A DNA stretch of 12,230 nt, from positions 1 through 12,230 of the forward strand of contig JBGSUI010000175.1 in NCBI GenBank assembly GCA_041736175.1, given 5' to 3'. Position numbers and translations under genes: made by a program. The notes below the pieces were generated by a model. That model had not been told where the DNA came from. It did not search any database and saw only the letters and a list, made by a program, of their open reading frames with translations. Within the stretch, counting starts at the first letter, position 1. Each line of letters starts with the position of its first letter. Shown here in pieces: positions 8,112 through 12,230 of this stretch. This stretch comes from Oligoflexales bacterium. Lineage in GTDB: Bacteria > Bdellovibrionota_B > Oligoflexia > Oligoflexales > CAIYRB01.

Positions 8112-9392
8112 CTATGTAGTGCCGAGCGCCAATTGCATCACGAGGACCCGTGGTGGGAGGCCGTTGTTGAATGCAGCCAAAATACACATGCGGCCATCTC
8201 TCAAAGAATCGTTTGCCGCGATCGCATAATTTTCTGCACCGGAAAAAAAGCTTTGGGCTGTGGCCGGGTGTCCGAGACATCCGGAAATGCGGACACCGGC
8301 ATTTCCAAAAGATAGAGCTGGCAAGGCCTCATGAGTCGATGCAGTGCCCAACAAGATAATGTGAAGTCCTACCTTCCGATATGTGCCACATATGGCGTCG
8401 ATTCGGGCAGCGATAGATTTCTTTAAGTCCACAAGCTCCTTGGGGCCGGACAGTTTCTTCCCGAACAGCTCTTGCATTTCATCAACTACTAAACAAAGTG
8501 GTTGGAATGACTCTCCCGCTATTTCTGAATATCGATTGACGTCAGAAATTTTTTTGCCGTAACGATGAATCGCGGCGTTCATTTTAGAGAGCCTCGCTGT
8601 CGCTTCTTTTTCTAGGTATGAGACATGGGCGTCAAGCTCCTCAAGGGAATTGAGGGTCTTTACGCCATCGCCATAGTGCTGGTGGTCAACTTTGGTAAAA
8701 TCAAAAACGGCAATATCGATGGGGATCTCTTTTTTTTTATATAAAAGAGAGTTGATTACCCACCCGCCAACGACGGATTTCCCGCTCCCAGGTCTACCAA
8801 CGACCAATGTTAGGACTATGTCGTGTAGGCTTATGACCAAGTCTGGAAAGCCTGCCGCCGTCCCGAGGTAGACGCCGAGCGGGACTTTTTTAATTGCCTT
8901 TCGGACGGTCTTTTCGGCTACCAAAAAATTCTGGAGTTTTGGGTAAAATTCCTTGGAAAATAGGCGAACTTTGGTGTGACGAACGTGGGCAAAATCCTGA
9001 AAAAATGTCTCGTCGTTTTTAAGGCCCCAAGACAGGGCCGTTAGGTGCGAGGTCAAAGCAGATGGGGGCAGACTGTCGTTCAACCAAATGTCCCATGTGC
9101 CGGAGGGTCCCATCGGCCAAAAATTTCGCCGTTTTGTAATGTAACGATGGGGAGGAATGACCCCCGTCTCATCATCGACTGTCGAAACAACAAGGCCTCG
9201 TTCGCGTTGAACTCTTTTAAATTTTTTGGAGGCTGACCCTCGAAATGGCATCGCCATAAATCTAACGAAACCACTAAGCCCAAACCAAATTGCCTTACGC
9301 CCTAGCGGTTTGCTAAGTATAGCTAATATCAATACTGCGGCGGCAATCTTCCAAATCAAAGGGGGCGCCATTAGAACAAAATTAGGGATCAT
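8112..9392 (-). CDS. FtsK/SpoIIIE-family ATPase with N-terminal membrane anchor (TraB/TcpA/ConQ-like DNA translocase or coupling protein)
   Basis: Hydrophobic N-terminus (LIWKIAAAVLILAILS), Walker A GRPGSGKS (8775-8798), VFDFTKVD strand, 'EATARLSKM' helix, Walker B LVVDEMQEL, and GTYRKVGLHIILLGT equivalent to FtsK GRAAGIHLILATQ. SD GGAGG. Confidence 0.88.
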   Translation of the reverse strand: MIPNFVLMAPPLIWKIAAAVLILAILSKPLGRKAIWFGLSGFVRFMAMPFRGSASKKFKRVQRERGLVVSTVDDETGVIPPHRYITKRRNFWPMGPSGTWDIWLNDSLPPSALTSHLTALSWGLKNDETFFQDFAHVRHTKVRLFSKEFYPKLQNFLVAEKTVRKAIKKVPLGVYLGTAAGFPDLVISLHDIVLTLVVGRPGSGKSVVGGWVINSLLYKKKEIPIDIAVFDFTKVDHQHYGDGVKTLNSLEELDAHVSYLEKEATARLSKMNAAIHRYGKKISDVNRYSEIAGESFQPLCLVVDEMQELFGKKLSGPKELVDLKKSIAARIDAICGTYRKVGLHIILLGTASTHEALPALSFGNAGVRISGCLGHPATAQSFFSGAENYAIAANDSLRDGRMCILAAFNNGLPPRVLVMQLALGTT

Positions 9393-9664
9393 GGACCACC
9401 TCCAAAATCCCCGGCAAGATTAATCTCGTCGAGGCTTTCTGCTGTCTCGATGGTTATGATCGCGGCCTCTAACATGGCGATAACCGATTGATCCTGGGCA
9501 TCGACCACAAGTCTTGCCGCCAAAATTTCAGGCGTCAAACCTTTTCTTCTTTCCGATATTTGATTTGCATCATCGAGTTTAGCCATATACTGAATATGTT
9601 GTTTTTTCTCCGAATTCTGTAAAAAAATCCCTGAATCTACGATCGACCACTGGAGTTTAACCAT
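9389..9664 (-). CDS. Hypothetical 91-aa protein, translationally coupled to the FtsK-like gene; start reassigned to 9664
   Basis: Strong SD AGGAGG about 9 nt before ATG 9664. Its TGA overlaps the next ATG (ATGA at 9392-9389). Confidence 0.7.
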   Translation of the reverse strand: MVKLQWSIVDSGIFLQNSEKKQHIQYMAKLDDANQISERRKGLTPEILAARLVVDAQDQSVIAMLEAAIITIETAESLDEINLAGDFGGGP

Positions 9665-9679
9665 GATACAGATCCTCCT

Positions 9680-9730
9680 AAAAATAAGGGGCGAGCCAAC
9701 TGGACCAATTTCCAGATTGACCGGCCCCTT
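9680..9730 (-). terminator. Intra-operonic terminator-like stem-loop
   Basis: The minus strand reads AAGGGGC-CGGTCAATCTGGA-AATTGG-TCCAGTTGGCTC-GCCCCTT-ATTTTT: an interrupted stem followed by a T-rich tract, directly after the stop at 9738. Confidence 0.5.
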
Positions 9731-9737
9731 ACGGAAA

Positions 9738-10058
9738 TCAAACTTTTGAAGGCGGTTTCGGCACTGTTGGCGTGGTCGCCTCAACTGCTATAATTGTGAC
9801 GCTCAGCTTTCCGAAGACTACAGCCGTTTGAATGGTCGCAACGTAATCTCCATTTTCGAGAGGCACCTGCGACGTGAGGGGGGCCTCAACTTGAACCATG
9901 ACTGGTTTTTTCAGGGCGCGAGAATAGGCGGAATCCGCGTAGCTGGAAAGGCACTCCCAATACTCGCTGCGATCACGGCTTTGGCCATCGGTACCCTTGT
10001 AAGTACTGGCAGGTACATGCACCACGTTTTTTACTCTAATACCCAATTTCGAAATCAT
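9738..10058 (-). CDS. Small beta-rich protein, putative ssDNA-binding protein (inovirus G5P/Pf3-like or ICE HelP-like OB fold)
   Basis: SD GGAGG. The pattern is a beta strand, a KGTDGQ...EYW hairpin, then PLENGDY...VVFGKLSV, recalling filamentous-phage SSBs. It is the first gene of the FtsK-Rep operon. Confidence 0.55.
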   Translation of the reverse strand: MISKLGIRVKNVVHVPASTYKGTDGQSRDRSEYWECLSSYADSAYSRALKKPVMVQVEAPLTSQVPLENGDYVATIQTAVVFGKLSVTIIAVEATTPTVPKPPSKV

Positions 10059-10400
10059 AAATCCTCCAACTCAAAGATTGATTTGCCATCCCCGCGACCA
10101 GCGTGGTAGGCGGACACTACAGGTAAGTTACCGGGTTTTAGGTTTTTTGAAGTGGATGCGAGCCAATTAGTTTCAAGTATCTAATATTATAGGTATTTCG
10201 CTATTACTAACTCCTAAAGGTCCAGTAATCTCTGGTTGGCAAGGCTTAGGTTCGGGCCTGTGACTAAACAGGTCTATGATTTATTAAACTTGAAATTTCG
10301 GCCCAACAATTTAATTGACTGGTGGTTTATATGGCCCATAGTCGTGATAATTTTCGGTAATAAAATGATCTATGTTGAGTCCCTTCTTTCCTAACTCCTT
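10059..10400. promoter_or_regulatory. AT-rich divergent promoter region
   Basis: Non-coding AT-rich stretch between divergent operons. Candidate TTGACT (10315-10320) N16 CATAGT (10337-10342) on the + strand. Palindrome GGTAAgTTACC near 10122-10132. Confidence 0.4.
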
Positions 10401-10424
10401 GCTTCTTTCGCTTCGCCCCTACCC

Positions 10425-10568
10425 GGACGCGGGCTAGCTCGCCGCCTCCGCCTAGCCTGCATCACCTCGCTTAGCATTTGCCGCGTGGGACACACCGGTT
10501 TGGGCTACGCCTATAGTCCGTTGGTGTCGTCCCCCATCTTTGTGAGGGGAGCGGCCACCACTCCCAGA
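10425..10568 (+). other. GC-rich multi-hairpin non-coding element (candidate sso, ssDNA promoter or structured leader)
   Basis: Stems at 10429-10437/10452-10460; 10487-10497/10521-10533 enclosing 10502-10507/10514-10519; and 10547-10551/10561-10565. Confidence 0.5.
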
Positions 10569-10593
10569 ACAAACACATGCAAGGAGTTATGAC

Positions 10594-10866
10594 ATGAAAG
10601 CTACCATCAACATCGAGTCAGTTCTTTCGACCAAAAATTCATCCGGAAATGGCCAATGGGCTATTTCGACCTGTCTTGTTACAGCCGATTTTCAAAACAA
10701 GAACTATGCTGAAAAAGTCAAGATACTCCACAAACCCGGCGAGCTGACACCGGGACATTTAGACGAAAGCGTCAGCGTTAACATCAGTCTTCGCAGAGGA
10801 AATGGTGATTATCCCGCTAGTCTTTCCATTGTCCTAGTTGGTCGCCTTAAGAAAACATACGCTTAA
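10594..10866 (+). CDS. 90-aa beta-rich protein, possible second ssDNA-binding OB-fold protein
   Basis: SD AAGGAG and a downstream terminator. Alternating beta pattern with a KNSSGNGQW hairpin and an ELTPG turn. Confidence 0.5.
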   Translation: MKATINIESVLSTKNSSGNGQWAISTCLVTADFQNKNYAEKVKILHKPGELTPGHLDESVSVNISLRRGNGDYPASLSIVLVGRLKKTYA

Positions 10867-10872
10867 ATCATC

Positions 10873-10894
10873 GAGCCGCGTATGCGGCTTTTTT
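10873..10894 (+). terminator. Rho-independent terminator
   Basis: AGCCGC-GTAT-GCGGCT followed by a T run, starting a few nt after the stop at 10866. Confidence 0.75.
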
Positions 10895-10906
10895 GGAGGG
10901 TCTTGT

Positions 10907-11104
10907 ATGCTTAAATGTTTTCTAATGCCACTCAATCCCGATCAAAAAGCGAGGGCCGGAAGAGTCCTAATAGGCTTTCTAAGAAAAAAACACAATTTAT
11001 CTCCTATCTCAGCAGCGGCCATTGTGAATTCGGTGACGAAACGTTCCTCCACGCTCCTAGACATGGTAAGTGCCTGCAGCTTCCAGATCAGAATTGGAGA
11101 CTAA
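10907..11104 (+). CDS. Hypothetical basic 65-aa protein; start reassigned to ATG 10907
   Basis: SD GGAGG at 10895. The stop at 11104 is 2 nt before the next ATG. Confidence 0.55.
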   Translation: MLKCFLMPLNPDQKARAGRVLIGFLRKKHNLSPISAAAIVNSVTKRSSTLLDMVSACSFQIRIGD

Positions 11105-11106
11105 CT

Positions 11107-11850
11107 ATGTTTAAACTCCTTAAGATTTGGTTCTTACTCTATACCCTCACTAATTCTCTCGGCTGGTTGACGGGCAACTTCCGAAAGGAGCCATCCACGG
11201 ATAAAATAACAGTATTACAAGGTGGGTCCATAACGTCTGCCTTAATTAAAAAAGGACTAGAACCAAACCCACAGCGGATAGCTCGGATAGTAGAGCTTAA
11301 CGGGCTAACCTCGCCCAACATTGTCCAACCGGGAATTCTCCTAATCGACCGTCCGAGGAAAACGGATCCCAAAGCGGGAATGATTCCGATTTCAATTCCC
11401 GTGGTAACCTTCTATTTGGCTGGCCTACGATGTTTAGTGTCGTTGGTCATTTGGCATCTGCGGAATCGCCAGCGGGAACTATTGAATGCCAAAATGACTG
11501 CGGTTGCCGCAACCCAAGCTGCTAAAACTGCCAAGGATGAGCTTCTTAAAGCCAAGGTTACTGAAATCGAGCTACGGGCACTTTTCAAAAAACAAGTCGA
11601 TTTGATCAAGGTTCAGGATCAGACCATATATAGACTGCGTGATCAAAGTAAGGGGGCTCCTTTGACAATGGGGGCCGCCCTTGAAACCCTAGGGCTCACG
11701 GCCTCAGCCTCCATCAAAGAGATTAAATCTCGCCGACGAATCTTGATGTCATACTTCCATCCGGACACTGGCTCACCGGCAATCGCAGCAACGCGAATCA
11801 ACGCCGCAGCCGACCTCCTGATCTCAAAATGTCTGGGGGCTCCTAAATAA
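11107..11850 (+). CDS. 247-aa membrane protein: signal/TM - LysM - TM - coiled coil - J-domain; start reassigned to ATG 11107
   Basis: SD GGAG. Hydrophobic N-terminus, LysM-like ITVLQGGSI...IVELNGLTSPNIVQPGILLI, TM IPISIPVVTFYLAGLRCLVSLVIW, a heptad-rich segment, and J-domain-like ALETLGL...SIKEIKSRRRILMSYFHPD...RINAAADLL. Confidence 0.75.
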   Translation: MFKLLKIWFLLYTLTNSLGWLTGNFRKEPSTDKITVLQGGSITSALIKKGLEPNPQRIARIVELNGLTSPNIVQPGILLIDRPRKTDPKAGMIPISIPVVTFYLAGLRCLVSLVIWHLRNRQRELLNAKMTAVAATQAAKTAKDELLKAKVTEIELRALFKKQVDLIKVQDQTIYRLRDQSKGAPLTMGAALETLGLTASASIKEIKSRRRILMSYFHPDTGSPAIAATRINAAADLLISKCLGAPK

Positions 11851-12201
11851 AGACAAGGCATGGCGACGGACTTAGGCAGCATCTGTGATGCTAGCCAAGG
11901 AAAGGGCCGGGGTGGCCTCTCTAACCTCCATTTGAATTGCGGATACCGAGTCACTTATTCCTAGTGCATGGTGATTCCCTGGAGCTTCTGGAGGTAGAGG
12001 TTCCTGAAAAATTTCGTCCCGAAACACGGGACCATGACTTTCGGGGCATGTCTGATCGGTTAATATGGTGACCAGCGTCCAGGATGTCGAATAATAGGCT
12101 ACCAGCTTAACTACCCGTATCCCATAAGAGTTTTTTAGTATTTTTTGGAATTGGCTGGTGGCTAAAAAATAGGCGTTTCTGCCCTTGGAAGGAATTTGAC
12201 C

Positions 12202-12230
12202 AGTGGCTAAGGGAGCGGATTGCAAATCCG
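12202..12230 (+). tRNA. tRNA-Cys(GCA) partial sequence cut by the window end; probably a 5'-truncated att remnant
   Basis: D-loop-like AGTGGCTAA, then GGGA, then the anticodon arm GCGGA-TTGCAAA-TCCG with GCA at 12222-12224. The upstream bases fit a D-stem/acceptor 5' strand poorly. Confidence 0.75.

Noticed and set aside
693..9423. Numerous short antisense or alternate-frame ORFs in the track
   Set aside because: They are shadows of well-supported genes, with no SD or motif support.
8112..10866. Filamentous prophage (inovirus)
   Set aside because: Rep and G5P-like genes fit. However, the ATPase has FtsK-type motifs with an N-terminal anchor rather than a Zot/pI layout, and no run of small single-TM coat genes or pIII-like gene is visible.
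10915..11106. N-terminal 64 codons of the 311-aa ORF
   Set aside because: They overlap the SD-supported 65-aa ORF, and a better start with an SD and signal-like N-terminus exists at 11107.
11872..12225. 117-aa minus-strand ORF
   Set aside because: It starts at a TTG inside the tRNA-like sequence, has no recognisable motifs and overlaps hairpin-rich DNA.
1..12230. CRISPR array or tandem repeat array
   Set aside because: No regularly spaced direct repeats were seen by eye.

Overview
This is an accessory, mobile-DNA region in three blocks. (1) About 1-2600 holds a three-gene IS66-family element (tnpA-tnpB-tnpC, minus strand). Its tnpC 3' end appears cut off near position 137 by what looks like the end of another IS, and its other end interrupts a sensor kinase gene. 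(2) About 2601-5516 holds the 5'-truncated sensor histidine kinase and an NtrC-like sigma54 response regulator. (3) About 5668-12230 holds a compact, apparently integrated rolling-circle element. Its leftward operon encodes a G5P-like small beta protein, a 91-aa protein, a membrane-anchored FtsK/TraB/TcpA-type ATPase, a candidate double-strand origin with twin GAA-triloop hairpins, and a long 729-aa HUH Rep. Its divergent rightward operon, behind a structured leader, encodes a second G5P-like protein, a 65-aa protein and a LysM-TM-coiled-coil-J-domain (HPD) protein. The window ends in a tRNA-Cys(GCA) fragment with a poor 5' end, a candidate att junction. No integrase, T4SS or virion genes are visible. 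All family calls come from motif recognition by eye; no searches were run.
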